Positions 1-13,472 of a stretch of 64,000 bases of DNA are shown here, one piece after another. A model generated the notes under the pieces. That model saw nothing but the letters and a program-made list of their open reading frames with translations, was not told where the DNA came from and did no database searches. Position numbers and translations under genes: made by a program. Source of the DNA: Camelus dromedarius (lineage: Eukaryota); assembly GCF_036321535.1 (NCBI RefSeq), contig NC_087436.1, forward strand, positions 72,728,001-72,792,000, written 5' to 3'. How positions within the stretch are numbered: position 1 is the stretch's first letter; each line of letters starts with the position of its first letter.

Positions 1-342
1 AGTCTAGGAAAAGGGAAAGAGAAGTGGATGTGGGGAGTTTGGTGTGAGCAAGGAGACTATTGTATTTAAATTATACCACTCTTTCCATTGGCTAGAACCC
101 TGATATCATGCCTTCAGGGTTCCCAGCTAAAGACTGGAGTACTCTTCTCACTGGTGAACCCCCTAGGACTACTGAATACTTAGAAAAATTAAGCTTTTGT
201 CAGTTATACTGTAGTTGCATATACTTCTCCTAAAACCCTCTAGTTTGTTCACGTCCTTTCAGTTCACAACCAGATGATCGGGTCGACCAGTAGCACATGT
301 GCTCTCCAGTCCCTGAAACTCCACCGAGGAGTTTCTGCTTCA
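1..342 (+). mobile_element. Old LTR fragment, LTR78-like 3' part
   Basis: The end 'ctttcagttcacaaccagatgatc...ctccagtccctgaaactccacc...gcttca' resembles the LTR78 3' terminus as I recall it. Confidence 0.5.
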
Positions 343-504
343 AGAGTTTCCTCCACTTCATTAGAGAAATTAAAATATTTCAGGGAATAAGTCAGACAGT
401 GTCCTTTCCACTTAGACACTTCCCTTCAGTGCTCTGTGTAATAAAACAACCCAGTGTTATACATAACATATGAAGAATGGAATGCTGTATTGATGCAATA
501 CAGT

Positions 505-712
505 AAAAATAGGTAACACTTCTGTAGCACTTATGTGCCAGTCAGTGTTCCAAGTGCTCTGTATGCATTGACTCATTTGACCCCTATAACACGTCTATGA
601 GGTAGTGAGTTTCTATTATTATTTCCATTTTACACTTGAAGACATTGAGATCCAAAGAGATTAAATAACTTGTACAAATGTAGCTGCAGAGTAAAGGCTC
701 TTAACCATTAGG
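505..712 (-). mobile_element. MIR SINE
   Basis: MIR core-like 'gcacttatgtgccag...cattgactcatttgaccc...attatttccattttaca...gagattaaataacttg'. Confidence 0.75.
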
Positions 713-1194
713 CAACCCCCCCACCTCCCCTTACACTCATTCAAGCAACCTTATGAAAGAGAACCAATGAACCCAGGAGCCAAGGCTTTAAAATCACTCT
801 GAACTGGCACTAACTGGCTCTTAAGGTTCTTACGAGGACAAAGTGTGATAAAGACCTGGACTCTGATCAACTCCACATCTGGGGCTCTTGCTGGGAACTC
901 ACCTCAACTCATCTCCTAAACTTGTTACAGGAAATAGTTCTAACATTAAAGTATTATAAGTAAGCTCTTAAAGTGACAAGCCAAGGATAAACACATACAT
1001 TTAGTTTTAATGGTAATCTTTAATCTGCCTACGAAGTTCAACTGTGTGGCAGCCCAAGACGATCTTGCTTTAGAAACAATCTTTTCATTTCAATCTGATG
1101 GATCTGTTACAGGAATGACACGTGCATTCTGCTGTATGACATCCGGTGCACCATCTCCTGGTGGTTCCAGACATGCACTAATTATTAAAATTTT

Positions 1195-1225
1195 CCTAAC
1201 TCCCGTGTTGTCCAAGGGTCAACAG
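1195..1225. mobile_element. Tigger2/MER8-like terminal fragment
   Basis: 'cctaactcccgtgttgtccaagggtcaacag' matches the recalled Tigger2/MER8 end 'cctaacccccgcgttgttcaagggtcaactg'. Confidence 0.55.
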
Positions 1226-1260
1226 CCTATGTGTGTATCTGTATAATCTCCTATTGGTTG

Positions 1261-1538
1261 CAATCTGGAATCTCAGGAAATAGATGTACAGATGTTGCCA
1301 TCTTAATAGCAAAGGCAATTTGGAGACGAATTTCTTTCCCCTTGGTGACCTCTGTCTTTTCTCATACGGTCTTTAACTGAGTAGATGAGGTTCATCCACA
1401 TTATGGAAGTTAAACTGCTTTATTCAAAGTCTAATAATTTAAATGTTAATCACATCAAAAAAATACCTTCACAGCAACATTTAGACTGATGTTTGACAAA
1501 TGGCCTAGGCAAGTTGACACATAAAGTTAACCATTACA
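1261..1538 (-). mobile_element. MLT2 (MLT2D-like) ERVL LTR, partial
   Basis: 'gatgaggttcatccacattatgg...aaatgttaatcacatc...ccttcacagcaacat...aagttgacacataaagttaaccattaca' is the typical reverse-complemented MLT2 5' end. Confidence 0.8.
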
Positions 1539-2679
1539 AGTATGATAGAAATTTCCCTACCATTCATGTTTTCAGTTAGGGCTGCCACCATTGTCTGTAT
1601 TGTCCAGGGTAGCAGCATGGGAAAAACATTGCTCTAACAAGTGATCTGCATGAATACACACACACAAAATTCTCAGTGCACCCAGAGGCCCCACACCAGC
1701 AATACTGGAAAGAATGTAGAAGGAAATGCATACATAGCGTAAATCTTCCTGTTGCAACCTCAGAGATCTTTCCTATTCACAGACATCGCCTCAGATTTTG
1801 TGACCGGCTGACACTGGCTAGCTTTATGTATATTAAGCTAAAAAGGAAATAAAAGTTCTTAGTAACATGAACTACAGGATGCTTTGTGGTTATTATGTTG
1901 GGGAGAGATGGTTTGGTTCTGTGGGTTCTATTCAACAGGTATAAAAAGTAGCTAACAAAACCAAGTTATTTTCCGTTCTCCTCATTCATTCATTCCATAA
2001 TCATTTACTGATGCCTTACTATGTTCCAGAACTTGATATCACGTTGACATATAATACAATCTCTAGTTGCTAAAACCTCACAGTTCGGGAGAAAGACAGA
2101 TAATTGGATCACATTAGCAAGGGTGGTGAGTTAGGTATAAACATGAGTTGCTATGGGAGCAGGTGGGAAGCCACTGACTTATTTGAAATAGTTGGCAATA
2201 GGGAAAAAAATCCTCCTCTCTTTTTATCCCTCATGAGTGCAACTTTTCTCCTGAGGAATGTTTGTTTTAGAGAAAGCTCACAGGTAAGAGCCCTTCAACC
2301 TCTTTTCACCGGTGCCAGGCCATCAGCCCTTCAAAGCTTTATCTACTGCCTGAAGCAGCAGAAAAGCCTTAGGCTTATGAGAACCTGGGGGAAATAAGGT
2401 GGGAAGTGGGGAAGGGAAGCCGAGGTGCCTGTGAGGAAATTCAGAACAGCAACCCTATTGTCTCCTTTTTCAACTGAAGTTTTGTGTACAGTCCTAAACT
2501 CAGCTGATTATTCCTTAAAACTGGAAGTTCTTAATGAGAGGGCAACAGATGAGTTTGAAAAGAATAGATGAACTCCCTGAACTTGTAGGGAAAACCACAT
2601 GCATTTTTCTGGAGAGCGTTCCCAGGGTACATAAAATTCCTGAGTGGGTTTCTTATTTTTTAGAAAGATGAAGGACAAT

Positions 2680-2800
2680 TCAGTGACAAATTCAGATTTT
2701 GTAGAGGGGGATGAAACTTCGGGGGCCCTCCTTAAGAAAAAGAATACGAAATTACAAATGTACAATTATTTATGAAAGTGACTATTACTTAGAATGAGGA
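2680..2800. mobile_element. hAT-Tip100 relic (MER115/Zaphod-like)
   Basis: 'gggggccctccttaagaaaaagaatacgaaattacaaat...gaaagtgactatta..tagaatgag' resembles the recalled consensus. Confidence 0.45.
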
Positions 2801-4193
2801 CACAATATCCTGTTAATTAACTACCTGGTACACCTCTCATAATGCTTTTTTCCAACAGTCTTTGGCTATATTCCTTTTGATCATTTCTTCACGTGACAGT
2901 TGCCGTTTCATCAGCTCTAACATCACTGAGTTAAATCCTCCTAGAACTCTTTACACAGGGAGGAGGTGATCACCATGCAAGACTCGAGTGCTGCTCATGA
3001 CTAGGTTGTCTGCTGCCCTCAGGATGCTCTATTTTTTAGGCAGTTCCGAGGAAATGACTCTTTCCTCAGTATCAGTGAGATTCAGAAATTTGCAGCACTG
3101 TACGTTCACTCTGTCTGTTTCTTGGGTACTGTTCTAGATGCTTTACACGTGCAGTTCATTGAAACTGCATTGTTACTCTATGAGGATGAGACTATTATAA
3201 AGTTTACAACGTGTAAACCAGGGCCTGGGAAGAGCAAATGGCTTTGCCCAGGGCCAATGGTAACGGGTAAGCGGATGGTGTTAAACCAAGTCAGAGAAAC
3301 CCGGAGACTGGAGACCTTAGCTCTGCACTTCAGTTTTATAAAACTGAGTACAAGGCAGGGGTGGAAATGCTTCCCACTTCTCAGGGACCCAGGCCACAGT
3401 GCCCTGGGCTGCACCCTGAAATGAGAGTGAGTAGTGAGCTGACAGAAACTTCATATAGGAGAAGAGATGGTTTGAAAAAAACAAGGGCTTCTGCCCAGTT
3501 CACAATGGATCTGCAAGGAAGGCTGCTTCATAAGATGCCCTGCTCCTTGGAGGCAGCAGAGAGGAAATGGCAGTGTGGTGTGCTCACTCAGAGGATACCT
3601 TGGACAGCACCTTTGTCATCCCCAAAGCCTCTGTGTGTCCCCTCAATACAGGAGGCCAGCACAGCCATCACAGACTCTGGTACTAGTTGTCTGCACACCT
3701 CCAAAGGGCAGAAGGGACCTAAGAACCAAAAGCATCAGGAACGTAAGCCAATCACAAGCACACCGCACTGGAGGCCGGTCCTGATCAGGACATCAGTCCT
3801 ATTGTTGGAAAGAGGAAAAGAAGGACTACAGGAACCAAATGAAATAGCCATGTATTTCAGAAGATACACTAAGCCAACATCTCTATCCACCTTTGCCACA
3901 AATTTTCTAATAATGCTTTTTTGCTTTTGAGAGGAACCAAATAATTTTTGATGTGGAAATTTTCAACTCTACAAGTACTTCTTTCCTAGCACCAGCTGAT
4001 CTAGCACTTGTGTAAATATATTTCCAAGTTTAGTGGAAAGAAGTTGCTTTAGAAATGGATAATATGCACTGCATGGATTTTCAGCAAGGATTGGGTCTTA
4101 GGATTTGTAGAGTAAGTAAAGAATAAATTACCCATTTCAACATCTAAGGAAGTAGTGCTTTTCCATGAGTATTTTGTATTAGGTTTAAAAAAG

Positions 4194-5726
4194 TTTTAAT
4201 ATATTTTTATTGAAGTATAGTCAGTTTACAATGTTGTGTCAATTTCTAATATACAACACAGTACTTCAGTCATATAGGAACGTACATATATTTGTTTTCA
4301 TATTCTCTTTCACCGTAAGTTACTACAAGATATTAAATACAGTTTTCTATGCAGTATAAACTTGTTGCTTACCTATTTTTTATATACTAGTATCTGCAAA
4401 TCTCAAACTCCCAATTTATCCCTTCCCACCTCCTTCCCTTGCCCCCCATACCCATAAGTTTGTTTTCTATGTCTATGAGTGTGTTTCAGTTTTGTAAATA
4501 AGTTCGTTTGTCTTTTTCTTTTAGATTCCACATTGTAGTGATATCATATGGTATTTTTCTTTCTCTCTCAGGCTTACTTCACTTGGAATGACATTCTCCA
4601 GGTCCATCCATGTTGCTGCAAAGGCATTATTTTGGTATTTTTTATTGCTGAGTAGTATTCCATTGTATAAATATACCACAACTTTTTTATCCAGTCATCT
4701 GTTGATGGACATTTAGGTTATTTCCATGTCTTGGCTATTGTAAATAATGCTGCTATGAACACTGATGTGCATTTGCCTTTTTGAATTAAGGTTCCCTCTG
4801 GATATATGCCCAGGAATGGGATTGCTGGATCATATGATAGGTCTATTTTTACTCTTTTGAGAAATCTCCATACTGTTCTCTGTAATGGTTGCACTAAACT
4901 GCATTCTCACCAGCAGTGTAGGAGGGTTCCCTTTCCTCCACAGCCTCTTCAGCATTTATTGTTTGTGGACTTTTGAACGACGGCCATTCTGACTGGCGTG
5001 AGGTTATACCTCACTGTAGTTTTGATTTGCATTTCTCTGATAATTAGCAATACTGAGCATTTTTTCATGTACCTATTGGCAATTCATATGTCTTCATTGG
5101 AGAATTGCTTGCTTAGGTCTTCTGCCCATTTTTGGATTGGGTTGTTTGTTTTTTCTTACTAAGTTGTATGAGCTGTTTATATATTCTGGAAATTAAGCCC
5201 TTGTGAGTCTCATCTTTTGCAAATATTTTCTCCCATTCCACAGGTTATCTTTTAATTTTGCTAATGGTTTCCTTTGCTGTGCAAAAGCTTATCAATTTAA
5301 TTAGGTCCCATTTGTTTAATTTTGCTTTTATTTCTATTGCTTGTGTAGATTGTCTTAGGAGAACATTGCTGAAGTTTATGTCGGATAATGTTTTGCCTAT
5401 ATTTTCTTCTAAGAGGTTTATAGTGTCTTATCTTATGTTTAAGTCTTTAAACCATTTTGAGTTTATTTTTGTGTATGGGGTGAAGGAGTATTCTAACTTC
5501 ATTGATTTAAATGCAGCTATCCAGTTTTCCCAACACCATTTGCTGAAGAGAGTGTCTTTATTGCATTGTATGTTCTTGCCTTCTTTGTCAAAGATTGATT
5601 GACCAAAAGTTTGTGGGTTTATTTTGGAGCTCTCTATTCTGTTCCATTGATCCGTATGTCTTTGTATCAATACCATGCTGTTTTGATTACTGTAGATCTG
5701 TAATATTGTCTGAAGTCTGAGAAGGA
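4194..5726 (-). mobile_element. LINE-1 3' portion (ORF2 C-terminal part + 3' UTR), non-inverted arm of a 5'-inverted insertion
   Basis: Minus ORF 5428-5736 gives L1 ORF2 motifs ([38 protein letters not shown]); L1 3' UTR and T-rich tail at ~4194-4215; frameshifted. Confidence 0.95.
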
Positions 5727-6086
5727 TCAGTGGCATTTCTTTACAATAACAATGAAATGTTAGAAAAGTAAAGAAACAATCCCTTTTAAAATCACATCCA
5801 AAAAAAAATACTTAGGAATAAATCTTACCAAGGAAGTAAAAGACCTATATGTGGAGAACTATAAGACATTGACTAAGAAAATTAAAGATAATTTAAAGAA
5901 AAGGAAAGAGATCTTATGTTCTTGTATTGGAAGAATTAATATTGTTAAAATGGCCATACCACCCATAGCAATCTACAGACTTAATGTGATCCCTATCAAA
6001 TTACCCAGGACATTTTTCACAGAATTAGAACAAATAATCCTAAAATTTATATGGAATCACAAAAAAAATCCAGAGCTGCCAAAGCA
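5726..6086 (+). mobile_element. LINE-1 ORF2 segment, inverted arm
   Basis: ORF 5851-6285 begins [49 protein letters not shown] (L1 ORF2); homology stops after 'gccaaagca'. Confidence 0.93.
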
Positions 6087-6734
6087 TTTGCTAGATTTCT
6101 TAGTTGAGTATTTGGGGTATTCCTTTGAAGAACACAGAAGAGGATTTAGGCATCAAAGGCAGAAAGTCCAAAGGAGCTTTGTTCAGTGTGAATCCCTGAA
6201 AGTCAGGTTCTTCTCTGTATGTGAAAGAGAACATTCTTCCATTAATCTTTTGATCTCTTTATGGTTTCGTTGTTCATTCTACTGATTGTACCAGAAACAA
6301 GTTTCACTTCAGATATAATAGCTCATGACAGAAAGTTGTAAAGGAAGTGGGTGTGGAGGTGTAGTTCACTCTAATGACAAGAGCGTTGGTTACTATTTAT
6401 AGCATTTATTATACTTTTATCTCTTCAAATTGCTATTTTCATGCAGCAGCAAACTCAAATGTCTCAGGCAACAGGGTAAGCAATGTGAGATTAGAACTGG
6501 AAGTTGTTTCTAGCATTAGTCAAATATGTAATGACTAAGAGAAACACCTTCACCTTGAAGTGCCACCAGTTACCAATGAGAAAAGGAAAAAAAAATTCAC
6601 AAAGAAACCTCACAGTGATCAGTGCGGGAAAATGGTCCAAGAGAGGATTTATGTTATATGATATCATCTATGGGGAAAAATTGATGAAATGTGAATTTGG
6701 GACAAAATTTTTTTCTTTGAAGCAATTTTATTAA

Positions 6735-6847
6735 AAAAATACATGCACCCAAATGTTCATAGGAGCACTATTTCCAGTAGCCAAGACATGGAAACAACCT
6801 TAATGTCCATGGACAGACGACTGGATAAAGAAGACGTGTGTGTGTAT

Positions 6848-6885
<38 letters not shown>

Positions 6886-7326
6886 CCACAAAGGAATGCT
6901 ACTCAGCCATAAAAAAGAATAAAGTAATTCCATTTGCAGCAACATGAATGACCTAGAGGCAGTCATTCTAAGTGAAGTAAGCCAGAAGGAGAAAGAAAAA
7001 TATATGATATCACTTATATGTGGAATCTGAAAAAAAGACATAGACTTAATTACAAAACAGAAACAGACTTACAGACATAGAAAACAAACTTATGGTTACC
7101 AGGGTGGGATAGGGATGGGAAGGCATAAATTGAGAGTTTGAGATTTGCAGGTACTATATACAAAATAGATAAACAAGTTTATACTGTATAGCAGAGGAAA
7201 GTGCATTCAATATCTTGTAGTAACCTATAATGGAATATACATATGTATATGCATGACTAAAACATTATGCCATATACCAGAAATTGACACAACATTGTAA
7301 ACTAACTATACTTCAGTTAAAGAAAA
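6735..7326 (+). mobile_element. 5'-truncated LINE-1 3' end with internal (CA)n expansion
   Basis: 'atgcacccaaatgttcataggagcactattt...aagtgaagtaagccaga...atcacttatatgtggaatct' plus 3' UTR ending 'ctatacttcagttaaagaaaaa'. Confidence 0.92.
6850..6882. repeat. (CA)n microsatellite inside L1
   Basis: About 16 CA units read directly. Confidence 0.95.
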
Positions 7327-8375
7327 ATGAACTTGTCAGAAAATTATCTGCCAATATCTAGTGAAAAATATAATTGATGGTGAGACTGGAGAGCAACCGA
7401 ATCTGAGACCAGAAACTCAAAGCTGTGATTTGAAAGCTTGTGATATAAAAGCTTCTAATTTACTGTATGACTTGGACAATTACATTGCACTTAAGTACCC
7501 CAAGTTCCTCTTAAGGAAGGGGGTAGGATCAGAAGTGCTGGGAGGATGAGGGGGTGGGCTCAGTCTGCTGTCCTGTGGCCCCGTGCCTTGTCTGCTCCTA
7601 CACTGCAAACACGGATGTTTAGGTTTCCTTCTCTTCTTAAACATTAAGTTCTTTGTTGGAACCCTTATTTACAACCTTCTGGACTTAAAGTACCTACATA
7701 ACATGTTTATGGAAGTCAGTGTTGCTAGGAAAATCTGGATGATTTGATCCTCATACAGCTTGTCTACTGACTTGAATAAGTTTTATAAACTGGGGCAGGC
7801 AGATTGTAGAAGGAGGTTGTTGAAACACCCAGGGCTGGACAAGGAAAGGAGACTGCAGTAGCTGAGTGCTCAAGGGAATAAGGCAGCAATCCTCTCTGGG
7901 GAAGCAAACTTGGTGATTGTGCTGAAATGACCTTAAACATGGTGGCACTGACTCCTAATTGAGATGTTTAAATAACTACCGTGTACTTCATTTTGAGGTC
8001 TCAGCTCCATGTCCCATTACAGTATGTCCTGTTTGTGCCCCACACTCTTAACTGTTGTTCTCAACATCAGTGGTGAGTGAGCTCACCAACTCTGGGGAAA
8101 CGTGATAAATTGTGAAGATACTAATCTCAAGTCCCTTATCTATTAGCAATAAAAAAAGGTTCACCATGTAATACATATGACTTGAAAATTCTGATACCGT
8201 ATTTGCCCTTCCCTTTACACCAAATGGTATCATCCTGATAGCTGCAATCCCTGTACTTGTTTATCTTCCTTATGACTATGCAATCATGTAATTCTTGCAA
8301 GGTTTTATTCTGGACTAACTTGTGGATAAGAAGTGTACTTGTATCTATTTTCATCACATTCATTAAAGCCACAGA

Positions 8376-8424
<49 letters not shown>
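8376..8424. repeat. (TG)n microsatellite
   Basis: About 24 TG units with one interruption, followed by TA-rich tract. Confidence 0.95.
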
Positions 8425-8431
<7 letters not shown>

Positions 8432-8859
8432 ATATATATTTGTATATATATATTTCTTACCTACCATGTATAACCTTCTATGGCACAGGCTGAGAACATA
8501 AAATGTTTAAGGACTGGCTTTACCCTTTAGGAAATAAGATTACCACCTGGAAAAAAAAATACCTGCATTCCAAGGTCAACAATCCCTGGCAGACAAGGAA
8601 TAAGAACTAGAACACTGATGTAAGATGTCAAGGGAGGGTGAGCTCATTGGTTGGGATGGTCAAGGAAGACTTCCTGGAAAGGGCGAGGTTCAAGTTGAGC
8701 CTTGAAAATGAGTACACATTTGGGAAGTAAAGAGAAGGCAAGAAGGTTTTCCAAGCAAAGGGAACAGAATGTGTTTCAGTCTGGCTTCCTTCGAGAAACC
8801 CTTTCAAACCGGATTTAGAAACAATCTCTTCGCCTCTCCCAGTTTCCCGCATCCCCTAC

Positions 8860-9320
8860 GCCCTAAAAAAAAATTAGGAATTTATTGGTCTAGGTATTGA
8901 AAATTCTAGGAGTAGCTTCAGCTTCAGATATGACTGAAGGCAAATGCTCAAATACCACTGTGATTCCCTGTGTTGGCGTCATTCTCCAGCAAGTTCTCCT
9001 TTACAATAGAGCCTAGAAGCACCTGATTCATAGCCTGACACCTCAGTAGGTGGGCAGACACATGTGTCCTGGGGTAGAATCCCACTGGCCTAACTTGCAA
9101 CAAGCCTGTTTCTGAGTCAATCCTGAGGCCAAAGTGACGGAGTACTCTTACTACCAGATCTAGGTCACGAGCCCCTGGAGTTGGGTTAAACGGGATGGGA
9201 GTTTAGTGCCACCTTAACCTAACAGCTGATGAGCTAAATAGACGTAATTCTGCAAAGAAAGATCAGAGAGGTGCTCCTGGAAGGAGAAGTGGATGCTAGG
9301 AGTCAGAAACCACAACGGTA
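8860..9320 (-). mobile_element. Old MaLR LTR (MLT1J/K/L-like)
   Basis: 'aggaatttattgg...ctaggagtagcttcagcttcag...aggtcacgagccc...ggagaagtggatgctagg' resembles old MLT1. Confidence 0.5.
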
Positions 9321-10999
9321 TAAATAAATATTTAGAAAGGAGTGATAAGTCAAAGTTGTACAGACCTAGATGTCCTTAAATATGAACACAAATGGTTACT
9401 ATGAAAATAAAAGATTACGTTTTTGGATATTTGTCTTACATTGTATTTGGACCTTAGATGATTCACCAAGCCAGGCTTTGAAAACACTTAACCTATAAAC
9501 CATGTTTAATGCCCAGTCTCCCCTCCCCATCTCTGACTATTATCTTACTCTTGTACTACTACTACTAAAGGGGAAAAAGAAATAAAAAGGTAAGTTGGGA
9601 AATGGAGCAAAGCAAGGAATGCTCTCTGTTCTCTGTGGCTCAGGATAGAGTCTTAAGAAATCTCTTCTTGGGAATTTCCCATGTTTCAGATAGAGTAGAA
9701 ATTAAGAGGCTGATTCATTTATTCATAACAATAGGGAGAATGTTCGAAGGTGCCAAACCATCCTAGCACCAGCAGATCCTCCCTAATGCCTGTGCTTGCA
9801 AAATGCCTCTGAAATGTCAGCGGTGTTTACTGGCAATTGTTCTTACCAAATGCTAATATGCTTGTGTCACGGTACTTGGTTTCTGTACCACAGATGCTGG
9901 CATACTTGGGTTTTAAGCACCATCAGTGGCATTTAAGCAGCACTGACTACTCAGGGCAGGTGGCAGATCATTTTAGGCTTTTGGTTGCTGTTATTACTTA
10001 CAAAATCTACTTTTTCAGAGTTTCAAATTTTAAGTAAATTAGCCTATTAAAAATATCAACAGGTTGAAACTGTGATTGAGAATATGTTTTCATAGTGCAT
10101 AATTATGATCTTTCAAAAAACCTTCCTAATGATCTTGAGGTAAGTAGATCCAGCAGGCTTTCATGCATCTTGACAGCAACTGGGCACTGAACCCTTTCCC
10201 GGAAATGGATTTTTCATCCCTTTGGAGTCTAATAAGCTTGACCACCTTTTTCTGACTCAGGTTTTTCTTCATATTTACATTTATTTACACTCCATAAATT
10301 GAAGCTTTGACCTCAAAATCACCTTAATCTCCTTATTTGTTTCCCACACTCATTGCTTACTAGATCTCAACCTTTTATTGGCTAGTAGATCTCTCAAAAA
10401 ACTTTAGGAAACACTAGCCTCTCCCTCCAAAAAAATGCATAAGCACCTAAAAAAATGCTTACAATTACAGAAGACTCTCACACCCACTAATCCCATACAT
10501 GCACTCAAGATGAAACCCCTGTTTTTCATCTTGACAGTTGAAAATATGCATATATATATATATATTTACTTTCCATTTCAGGTAGCTTTTTAAAAAGATC
10601 CCTGTGGTCACTTTGTCTTTTCCTTTGGCTGACCTGCTCTATCACCCCTTTGGGACAATAACAAAGACCCCAGAGAAAGAAGAGTACAGTGACTCATTTC
10701 TCTTTTCCTGCTAATCTCATTGTTGGGTAAAGGAATACTTTGGACTCCACTCACTGTGAACCAGAAACTCCAGCTGGAAAAAAAAACAACCAGCCAGTTG
10801 CCCAGTGACACGTAAAGAATGCTGGATTGGATAGTCAAAGCCTAACCAAATCTTAGGGACACACCAAGAGGTTTGCCTTCCCTTTCATTCATCAAATATT
10901 TCTTGCATGTCTTCTATGACCAAAACACATTAGTTAGTTTCATTAGTGGTTTGGGCAGGGCCCCACAAACGTACTCAATACGTATTTATTGAAAATGAA

Positions 11000-11165
11000 T
11001 AACGACTAACATTTGTTGAGCAATTATTATGTGCCGGGAGCTTTAGTTATCAAAACAACCATGTGAAGTTAGGTGTCATTCACTGCAACGTACAAGTGAG
11101 GAAACTGAGGCCCACAGAGGTGCAGTAACTTGGCCAAGGTGATGAAGTGATTTTGAGGCTGGCTT
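11000..11165 (-). mobile_element. MIR SINE
   Basis: 'aacatttgttgagc...gaggaaactgaggcccacagaggtgcagtaacttggccaaggt'. Confidence 0.85.
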
Positions 11166-13289
11166 TGATGCTTTTGGCCACTGCATTGAACTACTTCAAT
11201 TCATTGTGGTAGGTGGGATCGTTTACTCTTCAGAGATGACGAAGTCAAATTTCAGATCTTTTGAATAATTTCCTCAAAAGAACTAGGGCCAGAGCCTGGA
11301 CTAGACCTGAGTTTGATTGATTTCAAAAATTGAAGCCATTCTCTGGCATCACTGCTGCCTTCTGGGTTATGGTGTGAATCTCATCCATACACCACCTTCT
11401 CTCCTAACTCCTGGTCCATCTCCGCTCCCCTGGCCCATCATCTGAAGCCACCACTTTGTCACTGGGGACTGAATGTACTAATGGCTACAAATGGAAGGCT
11501 CCCATTTTCAGGGCAAAAGAAGCCACACAAAAATCCCACCAAATTTCAGAACTTATTCACTATAATCTCTCATCTGTCAGCTGCTTAGATATTTTAAAAA
11601 CCTTACTGGTGTGGCTATCTACTTCCCTTCATCTAGATGGCTGGGTGCCTATAGCTGAGGCCTCTTATGAAAATGTGAGAATATCGTCTATTCTATTCTC
11701 TGTAATCAACTCCCTTCATCCTTTTATTGCCCCTGTGTTTGGTGCTCATGGGTTGGTGCCATTGTCTAGCACAAGATCTATCAAAAATCAATCATTAAAA
11801 AGTATGGCTTCTGGTTGGCTTCATGTTTCACGTATATCATACGAAGCCTGAATCTCAAAATAGATTCCTTATCATGATAGCAAACCAGACCTGTCCTGGC
11901 TTACAGATTTGTATAGGGTTTTGAAGACATTATTAGATGACACTGAGCACCAGCCCCAGCATTTGGGGGTTAAAAATCTAATCTCACACCCATGTAGACA
12001 GAGACACACAAAGGGGCCTAAACACAATCAAGTAATAAATATACTGGCAGATCCTTATTTATCAAGAAAAATAAACATTTGTTTGGTGAGATAATCTTCC
12101 CAGTTCCTGAGAACATGGAAACACCATCATTCTTGTAAACTGCATAACTCTAGGCAGCATGTTTATTTCATATCTCCAGACAACAGTATCCTCACTTACT
12201 ATAAGAAGGTTTTCCCCAAAATCATGTGTCTTCCCAAGTGTCAGTCAATATTGGAGGAATAGTCAAGGATTAAATCCCAGTGCAGAGGGAAACTTTCTTC
12301 TCTTCTGTTACAACTTTTTTTCAAAGATGGGCAGAAATCCTAAATACAGAGTAACAAGAAATCTGGGCAGATTATTTTACTGTGGCTCCAAAGCTTTCTT
12401 TGACATTCGATTCAGCTATTCAAGAATTAATACTGCACGTGTCTCCTCTTATTCACCTGTTTAATTTTCATTATATTAATTCTTAGAAATGTGAACACAA
12501 GAAGCCAATAGGTGAGTTAACCCCTTTTCCCACACCAGATATGAACTTCAAACAAAGGATGCTTTATTTTATTTTAGCTGGTGATCTCCAAAGGAGCTCC
12601 CTTTTCCTCTGTTAGTTAGAATCTAGATATTGGCTTTTTGATTGGACATTACGGTTGTCAACTCAAAGCAAAATAAATTAAAAAATAAATTGAAATAAAT
12701 AAATAAATAAATAAAATGTCATTTCCTATTTGGAGTATGTTAACAAACTAAAACGAAAGAAAGGAAAGGAAGAAAATCTTCCATTATTGACAGCAATATG
12801 CATCTACTGGATACAAATATTACACTATTGAGCCTTTTGAATTATTTTTCATGATACAGAGTGGGTTGTGCTGACCACTGTGCTGACCCTCACTTAGCTT
12901 TCCTTGTGACCACATCCACCAGATGTCCGTAAGTGGGCATTAGCGTGTAGGCTACAGAACAGAGTAAAGCCAGAAAAGTATGACCTAACACTCACTCAAA
13001 TGGGGTCCTAGTCACCTGGACAAGAGACTAGACCTTTCCAAGATTTAAACCCAGGCTCTCTGAAACCATTTACTTGGTCTCTCTTGTCAAAAGTACAGCA
13101 ATGGGTGCTTAGAGCATTTAAGCCTCTGAGCAGTGCTGTGCAAGAGTTGAGACAGTACCTCATTCACACCAGCACATGCAGAAGGAAAAGAGCCAGGCTT
13201 TCAACTAGGTCTGTCGCCCTCCACGCTCTTCCCACTACTTCACGTGCCTAACTCTAAAGAGGCAGAGAGATGAGCAAAATCAGCTCTGT

Positions 13290-13472
13290 CCAGAGGGACC
13301 AGCTTCACCTGTGGTCATCTGGACAGCATCTAGGCCCCCAGCTCTGAGGTTCCCCTTCAATGCTGGCTTTAATGACCTGTTGCCTCTGCCTTGAAATTCT
13401 TAATAACTTTTGAATAAGGGGCCTCACATTTCATTTTATCCTAACTTTTGCAAATTATCTCACTAGTCCTAC
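13290..13472. mobile_element. MER53-like hAT MITE
   Basis: 'gccttgaaattcttaataacttttgaataaggggcctcacatttcatttt...gcaaattat' matches the recalled MER53 consensus. Confidence 0.65.

Noticed and set aside
3361..3930. Longest non-L1 ORF (189 aa)
   Set aside because: Starts at GTG, has no recognisable domain and no clear splice context; compatible with chance in a locally GC-richer stretch.
5258..5602. 114-aa ORF (also 6757-7041, 48763-49011, 49152-49352, 55115-55348)
   Set aside because: Antisense reading frames of L1 sequence.
6345..6400. tRNA/SINE-like A-box 'ggtgtagttca'
   Set aside because: No B-box or cloverleaf follows.
3984..9778. Shared tcctagcaccagc(t/a)gatc at ~3984 and ~9761
   Set aside because: A 17/18 match is roughly expected by chance in a 64-kb self-comparison.
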